From: Octopus vulgaris
Lineage: Eukaryota
Length of the DNA: 64,000 nt
Assembly (NCBI GenBank): GCA_951406725.2
Contig: OX597815.1
Coordinates: 175,708,001 to 175,772,000 of the forward strand
Reading direction: 5' to 3'
How positions within the stretch are numbered: the first letter of the stretch is position 1; each line of letters starts with the position of its first letter. The notes under the pieces are model-generated. The model worked only from the letters and a program-made list of their open reading frames with translations, was not told the DNA's origin and ran no database searches. Made by a program: the position numbers and the translations under genes. Shown here piece by piece: positions 25,956 to 39,859 of the stretch.

Positions 25956-27979
25956 GGGGTAAGGGGTAAGTCGATTACAGATCCTCCTGTATTTTCAGGA
26001 AACCCTCGTATATTTCTCAAACAATCAGAAGCAGAAATAACGTAGATGATACTATCGAATAAAATAGTCATTGAAAGTAGTGTTTATCTAGAAAAAGCCA
26101 TGCAAATCGACTGGGTTTTAGAAAATCTGTAGCCCTCAGTGCTTTAGGCAAACTTAGAAAAGCCTAAAGATTTGTGGGTACAAATTTTGTCACAAACAAA
26201 ACCAAACGACCCCTCGTTAAATATCTCCCCGTAACGTGTCATTAACGGAAGCTTGTAAAAAATGTGTGCGGTTTAGGGGTTATTGCGGTAAAATAATGTA
26301 TCCTTTGGTTTTTAGCATTTGTTTTGAAGTTGCTTTAAATAGCCGCTGTGTGGGGTCCCTATACAAAGGGTTCTATTTTGTGTGTTGGAATACTTTTGTT
26401 GAGAGATTGGGATACTCAGACAGGCATTGATACAATCTACGAGATATCATTGTTATACTGTTATACTGAGTCTTTTTATACGATTTGCAATGTGTGCCGT
26501 CGCAGTTTGGATAAATGTCAGATTTGACGGAGCAGACGTGTGATTAAAAGCGTTCCAACTAGGATCTTCCTATCCTTATGGGATTATCTAGGAAAACATT
26601 CCCTTGCGCCCCTTTCATTTTATTTCTTGGAATTTGAAGGAGATTCCTTTGATATGTTTAGTCTGTAGAGCAACCGCGTTCACATATATGTGCTTTAAAA
26701 CGTTAGACTAGTTGGAGATAATTCTTAGCGTTTTTATCATCTGCGGATGCCGCTCATTTATCTTGAGTGCGGAGATTACTTGTTATTGTCGTTGTGAAAT
26801 GGCCAATAGCGAGTTAGTGGTGCACTGGAGAGAGGGCTGCGGATGCTTAGCTGTGCCGTGATCTCTCACGAACGATGCGATTAATTAATAGGAGAGGCTG
26901 TGTGTATGAAGTTTCTTTTTCCATCACATGTGACTATGTCGTGTTACTTATATAAAAAGTAAAAGACATATGTGCTCTTCGTATGTTTTTAGTGTACTTT
27001 ATTTTAAGCTAGGCAAAATAATGGTGCCTCCAAAAATTCATTGAGGTCAGTGGCAGTGCAAATGAAGGCAGAAATCCAAATTCTCGTGTTAGTTAGAATG
27101 TGAGATATTTAGGTCGACCATATTGAAGGCAAGTCTTTCTTTAGGATACGTTCGTAGCAGAGTAATGGCTCTGTGAATTGATTCAGTTGCATGGTTTTGT
27201 CGAGCAAACAGATTCTATGGCTTTTCTCCGTATTAGTAGGCAACAATAAGCTTTACGCCGAATGTATTTGAAGGAAAGGAGAGAATGAAGAATCTGTCAG
27301 AAGATCCTCATTCTCTTTTGCTTTGTTCTGTTGGTGCTGCTAATTACTTGTTAGAGATTCTTCTGACTGAAGCTCGATACAAACGCTGGTTAGTTTTCTG
27401 GTTTTCCTTCATTTATTTTTGTTTTCTTTCCTGCTTTTCTTTGTTTACTCACGTAATTTTGACATATACTATATTTTGTAGTGTTTATATAGTTATCTTT
27501 ATGAAACACTTGTTTTCTATAGCTTTTAACCGGATGAAAATTTCAATTGTGCAATTATGGTTGTACTTCCTGGTTGCTTTGCAAAATGCAATTTTCTTTT
27601 GAAAGGTTCTGTAATTGCTTTGTTGAGTATCTATGCCTTATCTATATTGGTGATGTAGTGTTGTAGAAACTATAGTTTTGCTAATAACGTATCAATTCAT
27701 TCTCGATACTTTGTAACAGATTCGAAAATGAATATGCTGATCGCTGTTATTTTTCTTCATCAGAGAACATCTCCTCCTCCTTTTCAACGATGTGCGTTCA
27801 TAACGCGTGCGATTCATTGATATTAGCGGCCACCGCGGGGTTTCGAATTTATTGTGCATATTCTCAATCAACACGACTTCTGAATTTAACTTTCGCTTAT
27901 AGTAATCAATAAGCAAATTATTTGCTGGTGTGTACTAATGTCTGTCAAACCGGTAATAATTCATGAGGAGGTGCATACA

Positions 27980-28970
27980 GAACAGCGAGAACCCTATCCC
28001 CAAGGTCCCTATTCATTCGATTATTTGGCGGAAAGCGTTCCACCTTACTGATTGAAACGTTGTGATGATGATAATGGTGATGTCGTTCAATGGAAACTTA
28101 GGCGATGAGAGTCAAATGTTTGCAGCAGCTTGGTTTTCGCGAGTAGAAAGTAGTGTATAGGAGAATTATTGGACTTGGATTCGTTGGATGTGTTGTCAGC
28201 ATTTTAGGATTGAAGGCTAGTGTAGTTGAGACAGTAACGAATCTGCTTTACTATTTTCTGTACTGTTTTGCTACCAGGATTTATTGTGTTCGGATGTCTC
28301 TTCCAGAGTGTGCTAAGATATTGTAGCTGGTCTCTTAAGTCCTCATGTGATGTTGGTGGAAGTTGGTAGCGTGCTCTATGTGATCCCTATTAATGTATCA
28401 TGTTGATATTTTGAATGCCTTTATTTCAAGCATTTTGCCTGTTTTTGTTCAAATGACGTTGATGTTGTACTAAACACGCAAATTCATGTCCTTTATTTAA
28501 CGCGGTTTGTGTTGTCTTATTTTGGGTATCCATTAAGGATTTTAGTATGCCTTGTGGGGCTAAAGTTTCTTTGAAGTATAATTGCTTTGGACGATGTCAC
28601 TGTGCATATGTGCATTCGTGTGCAGCGCAAACCATCTGTACTTCCTTGCACTTTTCGACATCTTCTTTACTTAGGATTACATAATGTACTTTGGTCACTG
28701 CAAATTATTTCCCTGATGTCTCTCATTTCTCGTCTGTTGCTTATTTTTCTTTTGTTCTATTTCTACTTATTAAAATGCAAATATTAGCAGCACGACTTGT
28801 ATTTTGCATCACACTGAAATATATTTCAGTGACGTTTTCTGTTTGTACAGTAAGCTTGTACGATGTACACTGACCAAGCACACGCGCTCGGCATTCGTTC
28901 TTGCCTATTTGAGGGTGATACTGCACGCTCCAATAGGATGTTCCCAATTGCATGGCATCCGGAACATACT
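27980..28970 (-). mobile_element. Very decayed Penelope-like ORF remnant
   Basis: Terminal NRMNRDLG matches PLE MNRDxG; upstream RT similarity is weak. Confidence 0.35.
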
Positions 28971-29213
28971 ATACTCTCTCAGTTATCCCATATATTGTTG
29001 AGCTGTTTTTTTTTTTGTTATCAAAGCTAAGCAAAAATAAACTAATCTCTTCTTTGAATGCCGTCAGCTAGATTACATTCTTATACGTGTTCATTTTAAG
29101 AATGTAAGGCAGAATACGAGGGAAATTTAGCATATAAATTTAATATGGATAGTTACCACGAAGAAACTGCCTTCTCATTTCAAAATGCCTGTGGATTCTG
29201 ACGGTGGTAGTAA

Positions 29214-30504
29214 CAAGGGGTGCTGAAAAGTTCCTAGCTTGGAGAGTATAACGAAAGATTACAGGTGTTAAACTTACAGGAAAGGTAGGACAACTATTTA
29301 GAAGATATGCAAAAACTCATGATGGTATACAGTATATCTTCCTCTTTTTTATGCAGATTTAACGCATGATGGCAGCTTCTACAGTGGATTTTAGTAAAAT
29401 TGAAGCACAGATAGTAATGAAGTTCCTCTTTTTGTAAGGCAAAAGAAATCAATGGAGAGATGAAGACAGTCTTGAAGGATGACTGTCCATCTTACTCCGC
29501 AGCGAAAATCCGAATGCTTAACTTTCGGACTGGTCATTTCAAGGTCACAGAAGAACCTCGGTCAGGGCAGCCAACTTCTGCGACCACAGAAGACAAAGCC
29601 GACGCCATACACGTCATGATTCTCGAGGACAGCCGGATTCGAACTAAAATCATAGCTGAGACTCTGTGGATTTCCCGCGAAAGAGTTGGCCACGTCATTC
29701 ACAACATTTTGGACTTGAGAATGTTTCCCGCAAAATGGATGCCGAAATATCTGAACGCAGATCAGGAGCGCATCAGAGTGATGACATTAAAATGAAGACA
29801 TCAAGAGTAACGATTTTGAACCGGTTTGCAGCAGCCGAGACTGATTTTTATGGTTCGTTTAGTCACCATGGATGAAAGTTGGCTTCATCATTATGATCTT
29901 CAAACCAAGTAGCAATCAATGGAATGGCACCACAGCAGTTCACCGTGCCCCAAGAAGTTTCGAATCCAGAAGTCAGCTGGAAAGTTCCTGGTTTCAGTGT
30001 TCTAGGAGAAAGACGGACCACTCCTCATAAAATACCTGCCAAAGGGTCGCACCATCAACACATGTCTCTGTTGGACGAACTGTGTGAAGCTTTGAAGCAG
30101 AAACGCCATAGAAAGCTGAGCTGTGGTGTTCTGTTTTTGCAGGACGACAATGCACCAGCACACAGCACATGAAACTCTATGGAAAATACGCAACTTTGGC
30201 TTCGAATTGGTAGACAACCCACCTTACTCTCCCAACATGTCTCCTCCGACTAACAGCTCTTTCCACAACTGAAGAGACATCTCAAAGGAAGGAAATTTCT
30301 CTCCGATTCGGAAGTGATCGCTGTCACAAAGGCCTGGTTGGAGGCCCAACCTTCCGAGTTCTTTTTACAGGGCTTTGAAAAACTGAAGGACCGCTGCAAT
30401 AAGTGTGTGAATCTGAAAGGGGAATATGTTGAATAAAATCATAATTGACTGACCCGCCTGTATTTTCTTTTACCCAAAGTCAGAAACATTTTAGCACCCC
30501 AGTA
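29214..30504 (+). mobile_element. Near full-length mariner (DD34D-type) with disrupted transposase
   Basis: TIRs ggggtgctgaaaagtt / aacattttagcacccc; WMPKYL, VTMDESWLHHYD, FLQDDNAPAH, PPYSP motifs; stops and frameshifts. Confidence 0.95.
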
Positions 30505-31689
30505 ACGATAACTTGCATTGACCGAGAATTGAAATTCCAACCTGTAGAGTTCAACATTTAGTATTTGGCACCGACCTCCATAAGTAGATTTGCATAACTG
30601 TTGGCTTCTTTGTTCTATTAACTGCCTAAGTGAAAAGAACTCCTATTTTCGTGAGCCGAGACGAAGCAGCCGCCTTGATTCAATAAAACCAACCTCTTAC
30701 CTCATCACGATAAAAAGTGAATATTCCTTTCTATTTGGCCCGGCGGAAGAGTCTTCTTATATTATGAGGGATGGAGAGAAAAATGGGTTGAATATCCCTG
30801 ATTGCTTTTCTGTTGTCTTTGTTTCTGTTGGGTTTGGAAAATGCATTGCAATCATGACTTGCTTAGCGGTTGTCATTAGAAAACTAACCACATTATCGTA
30901 ATCAGGTCTTAAATACATAACTCATATGATTCGTTCGTCATAAAGTAAAATGCGTTCGTTTGAAAGTCTAAGGATGACTTCTCTTGAAGTGATGTAAACT
31001 ACTAAATTTTGAGAAAACAACTTTAAATCGTGTTATTCTTTTAGAAACAACGGATAATTTAACATTTGAGTGAGATATAGTTAATGGTGTAAATTTGCAA
31101 GAAGACAATATAATATTCGTAAGCATTGACAATCCATGAGTAGATTTAGTATTATCTCAATGCTTAAAATCACAGAGCGAGAGAAGAGGATCTTCAGAAT
31201 AATTAGCAAATTCTTGAGAAATTGTTACAAGTTGCTCCTTGAGGTAATACAATGATAAGTTCTAATACATAGTGTTAATGTGAATATTAATCATCTGATG
31301 TTAAGCTTGTGAATGTGTTTTCTAATCTTATTGGAAGTGATTTTCTATTTTCATTTGTGGGAAATTGTTAGCGTCAAATGATCGGCATCTTATCGATACT
31401 TATTAAGTATCGAATTCGAATCGGCTGCATTCATTTATTGCACTACGAGTAAATAAAACTGATAACCCCGTCGAAGCTTTGAACGAGACAGTGCTGTTGA
31501 ATGGTTAATAAAATCCTTTTAAACAGAATATCAATGGGATCCAATTTGGTGTAAATTAGTTCAAATATAGTTGTTTGTAAATGGAAATATTTGTCTGAAG
31601 AGTTAAGGGATACAATCCATAGGCTAGCAGGCTTCCTTGATGTTGTTGTTATTATTATTATTATAATTATTATTATTATGAAAGATTCT

Positions 31690-31850
31690 CGGATAGTTCT
31701 TAATTACCGGTTATTCTTTACTTGAAATCAGGCAGTAACAAATCACCAAAGGTTTCAAGTAGTGCCTTCTCCATTGACTCAAAGAGACAATACTCTCCTT
31801 AGAATGCGAACTGTACCCAACAATGCTGTCTTCTGAATCACATAAATAGT
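31690..31850 (-). mobile_element. Dong/R4-clade LINE 3' end, fragment 1
   Basis: VIQKTALLGTVRILRRVL followed by a (TAA)n tract at about 31640-31680. Confidence 0.75.
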
Positions 31851-31854
31851 ATTT

Positions 31855-32034
31855 TACGTAGGATATGAGCAATTTCCATGAGCACTATCTTTTGAATTTC
31901 TGCCATTTTTGGATTTCTTGGTATCTGAGCTAGGTAGCAATCAGCTCATTTTGTTATGATCCCTAGGGCACATATGACAACAGGTATTGTTTTAGTCTTG
32001 CGGTGCCACATTTTGCTCAGATTTTAGTAGGTCT
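31855..32034 (-). mobile_element. Dong/R4-clade LINE 3' end, fragment 2
   Basis: KMWHRKTKTIPVVICALG...EIQKIVLMEIAHILRK. Confidence 0.8.
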
Positions 32035-32069
32035 TATTATTATTATTATTGTTGTTGTTGTTGTTATTT

Positions 32070-32285
32070 AAGGCGGCGAGCTGTCAGAGTCGTTAACATG
32101 CTGGACGAAATGCTTAGCAGTATTTCGCCTGTCGCTACGTTCCGAGTTCATATGCCGCCGAGGTCAGCTTTGCTGTTTATCCTTTCGGGGTCGATAAATT
32201 AAGCACCATCGAAATTCTGGGGTCGACGTTAATCGGCTAGTCCCTTCCCACCAAATTTCAAGCCTTGTACTTGTAATAGAAACTA
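32070..32285 (+). mobile_element. Group M SINE
   Basis: aggcggcgagctg... through cctttcggggtcgataaattaag. Confidence 0.88.
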
Positions 32286-32289
32286 TTAT

Positions 32290-33030
32290 ATTGTCATTCG
32301 GTAGTCTTATTTTCATCACGTGGTTTCATTGCACTACCGAGCGCAGCTCTGTGTGCCTTGGGTATGTGCTGGTTTGTTATAGTGTTCTTATTTTCACTGT
32401 ATTGAAAGTGCTTTACGTAGGATGTGTGCGGTGCCTAGTGGTGCTATTTTCTGTAAGCCCTGGTGTTTTGATTATGTATTTGAATTTTTTTATCATACTT
32501 AATGCGCCCACTATGATAGGAATTGTTTCTGTTTTTAGACTCCACATTCGAGTTACCTCTATTTCCAGGTCTTTGTATTTTGTTAGTTTCTCCATTTCTT
32601 TTAGAGAAACGTTGTCATCTGTAGTCTCTGATAACTATATCCGGTCTATTAGCCTTGATTTCTCTATCTGTGCGTATTGGCATATCCCATAGTATGGTTG
32701 CTTTCTCATTTTCTGTGACCTTTTCTGGCGTGTGCCTATACCACCTTCTTTCTGTAGTCTTTTCATACTGTTGGCATAGCTTCCAGTGCATATAGGTCCC
32801 AACTGAGTCGTGTCTTTGAATATATTCTTTCTTAGCCAGGACTGGGCAGTCAGAGACATTACGAATTCTTGTTTCTTCTCCATTACCGCATATTCTGCAG
32901 TTGTATTTCGTTTCCTTTTCGGTGATTTCTGGTGGGAAAACTTTGATCTTGTGCACAACATATGCTATATAGTTGATTGTTGTGGGCAGCTGACGGTTTC
33001 CATCATACCCAGCAAAATAAGCTGTAAGTT
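32290..33030 (-). mobile_element. Dong/R4-clade LINE, zinc knuckle and restriction-like endonuclease region
   Basis: CRICG..EET...C, RHD, ILWD, NRPDIV, EKLTKYKDL..E..RMW, PIIVGAL. Confidence 0.92.
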
Positions 33031-33033
33031 TCC

Positions 33034-33036
<3 letters not shown>

Positions 33037-33121
<85 letters not shown>
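33037..33121. repeat. (AAT)n microsatellite
   Basis: Directly visible. Confidence 0.97.
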
Positions 33122-33305
33122 GACTAGCTGGCAGAATTATTAGCAAGCCGGACAAAATACTTGGCAGCCTTTCGCCCGTCTTCATGTTCTGAGTTCAAAT
33201 TCCGCCAAAGTCAATTTTGCCTTTCATTCTTTTGGAGTCGGTAAACTAAGTACCAGCTGAGTACTTCCCTCTAAGTTGCTAGCCTTGTGCCAGAATTTGA
33301 AACCA
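33122..33305 (+). mobile_element. Group M SINE
   Basis: gctggcagaatt...gagttcaaattccgcc...gccttgtgccagaatttg. Confidence 0.82.
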
Positions 33306-33553
33306 ATTTTCGCGTTCTACTGTCGTTACCGTACCAATTGTCTTTGGTGGCAAAATAATATTGATATTTTAGTTTGACCCAAAGTGACACTTTTGGCGTG
33401 ATTTAAATTGCAATTATGAATAGAAACTAACATATCTGCCTCGATGTTTAACTCATGTTTGTTATTAGCAAATATACAGACATGACTATTTCCTTTTTCT
33501 TTGATTAGGCACAACAATGATTTTTTAAAATTATTTATAGGAAGATAGGAATG

Positions 33554-33770
33554 AAGGCACGTGGTTTAGTTGTTAAGGCTCTCACAGTGGTGAGTCAGAT
33601 TCCTGACTGCTCATTATGTCCTTGAGTAAGACACTCTATTTTACGTTGCGTTAGTCCACTTAGCTGTACCCTTGTCACATTCTGTGTCAGGATAAATCTC
33701 CCTGATTCAGGAGATTCAATGATCGGATCAACTGGGAATTTTGTACGTCATAACTGACGGAATGCCAGTC
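33554..33770 (+). mobile_element. SINE with CORE-like head and tail type 2, diverged
   Basis: ccttgagtaagacactctatttt; ccttgtcacattctgtgtc; matches 9355-9642. Confidence 0.7.
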
Positions 33771-34749
33771 ACAGGAAAATTCCATTAACGTGTTCCCTAA
33801 TAAAATCTGAGATGATTACTAAAATAGGAAACAAATATCGAAATATATTAACAGACGCTAATCGATGTTTGTGCTGATAGTTTACAGTAATGAAAAACTC
33901 GGCCAAATCCCTTCAATTTTAAGCCAGAGAAGTGAACCCATTTCATTGTCTTATGCATCTCCTATGCTAAACCCTAAACAAAATTCCGCATGAAACACTT
34001 GAAACTCTACTGTAGTACTCACTTTGCTATTATTATCATTCGGAAACATTTCCCATTGTACATTAATGAAACTGTCAGCCACAGGTTATACTTTAAAAAA
34101 ATGTGCAATAATACTTATGGAGTGGTGATTTGTTCTAAACACTAACTTTTTTTTTTATTTCCTAATAGAATTGATCATCAGACTATTTCTGGATAATTTG
34201 AAAATATCAAGTCACAAGTTCCTAAGTATTTCAATTTTCAATATGTTTATGAGAATCAGTTAAGTAAATATATTGGGCGTAGTTAATTATAACTGGACCT
34301 TGTGTCAACATAGTTCATGTTATTACCGAATATACGATAACAACCTGATTTAAAACAACTACACTTAACATTATACACTGACGATATATAAATCTAATTA
34401 CGAAAAGTACTGAATTTTCCAACAAGAATTCCTATATTAATGTGAAATGAAAATAAATAGCAAATCTAACATTGACAATATACTGATTTAATTAAGATAC
34501 CTATTGCATTTTCGAACGAGAGTTTCTATAATAATGGCATTTTCTTAGATCAATGAGAGTATTTTGTTAAATTATTTCTCAAGTGCCCTGATGAGTTTCT
34601 GAGTATTTTGTAAATATTGAACAGTGAAATAACGAGGGAAGAAGCAGCATATCAGCTGCTCGTTTTCGTCACTGAACACCTTTCGACACAAGTTTACGAA
34701 GATACACTCCTAATGAATGAATGAATGTGGCTCAAAAGCTTTGAGATAT

Positions 34750-34782
<33 letters not shown>

Positions 34783-36955
34783 GCATGCAAACGCCTATAT
34801 ACTCGCATGAGTTTAATTGTAAATCTATCTCGTAGACATTCAAGCATGACAAATTTAATTATTTAATTATTTCTCCTTAGATTGAAAAAATGACGCACAG
34901 CCTTAATCGATTTTCGAAACTTATTGAATTCTCATCAAAGGTCTCTCCCTCTCTCATAAATATATATATGTATATGTGTGTGCGTGTGTGTGTGTTTGTA
35001 CACATACATATAAATAGAGGGATAGAGCGAGGTTAAGAGGTATTCAGTTAACGAAGTAAGCAAAAGCTTACACTGGGAAACATAAATTAGCTGTGTCTCA
35101 CATTCCCGAACCTTCTACGCACGCCAAGCCCTGTGTGGTGATTTCGAGAGACTTCAGTTTCTCTTCCACATTTCACACAACCGTTGTTATAGTTTTAGTT
35201 TATTTCTTTTGAATTTCACATTCAGCCCTTTTTGTAATAAATAACTTTTTAAAGGCTTCTGGAGGAATTAAAATGTTTACATAAATCCGTCACAGAATTC
35301 AGCGTCACACCTTCCACACTTCTCGCCCCCTGCACACCTATCCTCTGTATATGTAACACCTTGTATATCAATCAATTCGACCACTGTTTACCTGAGTTAT
35401 TCATAGGATATCTTCTGTAAATTCGATGTTGAGGAATTTGCTTAGATTTAAGTCACCAATTAAATTGTCTCTCAATATTCTGCAGTGAAGCAGATGCGCT
35501 GCCAAAGACAACTGGAATAAAATGGTGGAGTCACGCTTCATCAACCAACAAATATATTGAAGTCAATGAGTTGTGGATTGGTGGCTGACTCGATCAGTGC
35601 ATGGCTTGATTATGGCTTGAATTGGAGGTGCCAGAGAGATGAACGACTTTGGAGTGTTTGTTTGCTGGTTAGGGGTGTGTGTAAGGGATTACCATAAAGC
35701 GTTTAGGATTGTGTAAGACTTGATTCCTGCAATAGTTATGAACAAATACATCAAGAGAAGTGAGAGAGTTTGACCTTGAGCCAAACGAACTGCTGACATC
35801 CAGGTAATCAAGGTAAAATGCAATCTACATATGCGCATTCATCAGAGTACATTTGACACGAAATATCAGCAATAACAATGTTTATAAGTCGATATTTTCA
35901 CTCTCACGAGAAGCATTTCCATTGGGCGTTAGAAAGACGTTTTGGTTGAAATATATGTTTATAAGGTACTAAGGAATGAAACAGCGAGATGCTACAATTG
36001 TCTATTTTCGCATATCTTTCTAATTCTCAGTCAGAGAGGAAATGTTAAAACCCGATTAGAAAAAAAAACCCTCTCAATTTTTCAAAAGCTAAATCAGAAG
36101 AAGTGTTTATATTTGCCCAAACCTCAATCGTCTTATCATCCATGCCACAGTGAAGGTCAGATTGATTGGAAAGGAAAATGGATCCAACCGAGTTCTCGAT
36201 TATTATAGTCGATCTAATTCATAGGGTTGCGTTGTTATAACTAAAGTTAATAATAGACTAGTGTGTATCGTTTTTAATTATCTGTCCATATAACTTTCGC
36301 TCCATCATGTATCTAAGTTTATATATATATGCTACCTAACGTTCGCTAATATAAAAATAATTAATAGTTTGTTCGAATCATTCTTTATTTCCCTCCAGTC
36401 AGATTATTTCCGTATCAATTGCGTTCATCTGTCTGAGAACTACAAGAAGACACACCGTATATGTTTTAATATAATGGACGTCATAAGGAGGATGAAACGA
36501 AGAAGTTGAAGACACATACAATAGGAAGGAAATAAGATAAATATTAAAACTAAGAGAAACAGTTAAAAAAAACGAGGAAAACGAAATAAAAATAAAAATA
36601 GTATTTAAGAACGATTGAGATAAATGAAAAAGAATTAAGATTAAAGAAGAGATTTAAAATTGGATCAAATGATATCGAAACATAAATAGTCTTATTATTC
36701 CAAATGAATGTGACGTGCTTGCATATAATGTCTGGTTTAAATAAATCGTTTTAAGTGGTATCAACTGGTTCGCTTTGTCGTAATCCATGGGTATTTCAAC
36801 GCTGAAATCCGTAAGACATAATCAGGAATTCATGGAATCTCTTCAAAAGTAGGCAGCATTTTGATGCAGGAATTTGAAAATTTCATCCAATGTAATTTTT
36901 CATGTTTCTCCTATATTTTTAAAATACGCAATTGAATATATTTCCTGCAATACCC

Positions 36956-37016
<61 letters not shown>

Positions 37017-37049
37017 TAGTAATAATAAAAATGTCTCCTTTAGGCGTCG

Positions 37050-37245
37050 AACCTGATATATATTAAGGGAAGGGGGTAAGTCTATTACATCGACCCCAGT
37101 GCTCAACTGGTACTTATATTATCAACGCCGGAAGGATTAAAAACAAAGTCGACCTTGGCGGAATTTGAACTTAGAACCCAAAGCCGGAAGAAATGCAGCT
37201 AAGCATTTAGTCCGGATTGTTAACGATTCGGCCAGTTTGCCGCTT
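37050..37245 (-). mobile_element. Group M SINE between (AAT)-rich tracts
   Basis: gtcgaccttggcggaatttgaact core. Confidence 0.85.
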
Positions 37246-37319
37246 AATAACAATAATAGTGTCTTATAAAGTTTTCAATAATATTCCTAAATATTTCTTG
37301 CGTTTCTTGCACATGGTTT

Positions 37320-38764
37320 CTTTAGGCGGTTCACTAGACAAAGACCAAGCGATTGTAGTGTACTAGTTGGACGAGCTGAGATAATTGGTGTATAGATGTT
37401 CTGCGTTTTAGGATCCTTTACACACGATCAGACAAGTGGAGCTTAAAAATGTCTCAAACCGATAGTGATGGAGGTTTTAATAACCCACTCGTCCCGCGAT
37501 CCCATACATCAGAAATTCCTTTAATACAGCCATCATCTTCCATCTAATCTTTCTCTTGAACAGAGACGACAACTCTGGATGGAAACCGTCTCTTAGACAT
37601 TGTTTTCCGCTTACCATCAGAGGTAATTTCATGCCATCTACTGTGCATGCCTATGCTACTGTAAAGCGCTGTTTTTCATATTCTATTGTTTGGACAAGTG
37701 CACATTTTACTTCTTTTATATCGATTATTCTGTTGCAGACGATACCAAAAAAACATTGGGGTTTCTTCCAATCTGACTGAGATTCTGTTCGCGTCTATTT
37801 TGTGCCTGTATTATGAAACTCTGGAACTTGGTTATTTTTTCCTCGAGATTCTTTTTCAGGTTTTCTGTCTCAGGACCAAATTCTCTCAATTTATAAACCT
37901 TGAACACAAACCCATTCTTGCGTTAAAGTCTACGGGACAGCTATTTGATATCATCAGCCCATTTCAGTGCCCGAAGACAGATGAGAGACCTTGTCATCAC
38001 CGAACCATTTTGTTTTTGGGTCTTTTCACTATTTTAATATCACTGCTTCCAATTCTAGTTTCTTTCTTATGAACTTTTTCAAACTATTTCTCTCCGATTG
38101 TTTTTCGTTGATTAAGACCTGCCTGGCAGCGGCACTGTTGTTGTATTCTTTGGCCTACTGTACAACTTCCAGTTTGAACTCAGTTTCCTATTTTATACGC
38201 TTTCGTTGTGGTTGCGACATCTTGGTATGGCAGCCATTCGTAATTAGGGGGAGGGGGCAACTATTCAGAATAACAGAGACCTCTGTCTACAAATGCCGGT
38301 TGTCTGTTTTAAAGATCTTTGTAATCGCTTTTCAGCTTCGTTTTAATTGTCATTACGATAAACTATTAATAAGGATTTATTTATTACAATTTATTGAAAT
38401 ACAGACACTAATTCAGTAATTAAGCAAGTTTATTTTCATTCATTCAACTAATAATTTAATAACCTTAATATTACTTCAATACAGCAACAGGTCAGTCCAC
38501 ATTTCAGTTTTACATGCAAAGTTCGTCACTTCACGTCATCGAAATTCTGTCGATTTTCCCTCGATTTCGAAAATAAACACATATGCTTCACTGTAAATTC
38601 ATAATTTGCCAAGATTCTGTTGAAGTCGTTTCATATTCCTTAACCTGAAATTATTCTTGGGACCGCTTGCCATACAGTACTCTCAGCTTATATGCCAGTA
38701 ATATTAGAAACTAAAACTTCGCCTCGGCGCATACGGCATGCCGGCTTACATGCCGGAATTTACT
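37320..38764 (-). mobile_element. Pogo/Tc2-like transposon 5' portion, decayed transposase
   Basis: EFKLEVVQ*AKEYNNSAAAR (BrkDBD-like), KITKFQSFII...LSQIG, EKQRFTVA*ACTVDGMKLP; terminus gtaaattccggcatgtaagccg. Confidence 0.85.
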
Positions 38765-39639
38765 TAAACTAGTTTCAATCCTAAGTTGGAATTTCATCGG
38801 CAACTAATGATATAGGCAGTTCAGTTCTAATTCACACGCTATTAAAACTGAATCTATTTTGGACCATTAAAAAATGTGATCGATTAGGTCAAGATTTACC
38901 AATTTCAATGTGTCCGAGTAAAGAGAAAACGGGTTTCTATATCGGGCCTTGATTTCGACATTGGAGGAAGAATCAAAACAAAGTCATATGAAACACATAA
39001 AAAGATCTAGAATTGAATGGCAAATATATGGGAGCCATCATAAGATGTCAACGTTATCAGGAAAGTTTATAATATAAGAGAAAAAAGGGGAGATTACACA
39101 AAAACAGACACTTTAACATAATGTGTAAGCATCGGTTTGAAATGAAATGAGTTGTTGGAACAATAACAGGATTAGCAAAGCAACAAAAATTAAGCGCATA
39201 TAAGTTGCAATCAAAAATCCAACTCCCAGTTCGATTTACTGAGAGAAGATGTGAATAAGAAGACAAGTTAAATATTATAGCATTCCTGTGCTCTGCTTCA
39301 ATTTTTTTTAAAAAAGAGCAAAAGCCATCTTCGATGATGCTAAATATAGACAGATTCTACACGATTGCTGTATGTATATGTTTCAGTAAACAACACGTGA
39401 CTTTCTTCATTGTTAAAACTGAAAATATTGGCTTCTACCAGACGTTTTCACAAGGGAAATTTCCCTGGAAACAGTTGTTACGCTGTAAACAGGAAAATGT
39501 TTCTCTTTTTTGTCTCGATTACTAAAGTTCTTTGAAGAAAAAGAAAAAACACACTTCATGGATTTCTTTCGGAGATAATTATTTCCATCTTTAAAGAGAT
39601 TCCTCACTTTATAAAATGCTTAACAAGATACGGTTTATC

Positions 39640-39808
39640 TTTCATTTTTTACTTGTTTCATTCATTAGACTGCGGCCATGCTGGGGCAACGCCTCGAACA
39701 ATTTTAGTCGAATAAATCGACCCCGGACTTATTTTTAAAAGCCTGGTACTTATTCTATAGGTCTCTTTTGCCGAACCGCTAATTTACGGGGACGTAAACA
39801 CACCAACT
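39640..39808 (-). mobile_element. Group C SINE 3' half
   Basis: Reverse complement of 41935-42100. Confidence 0.85.
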
Positions 39809-39859
39809 ACATACACAGACAGACAGACTCACTCGCACACACACACTCATGTATACACA

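Noticed and set aside
34585-34640. CTGATGAG...GAAA motif
   Set aside because: No stem I, II or III pairing and no UH cleavage site in register
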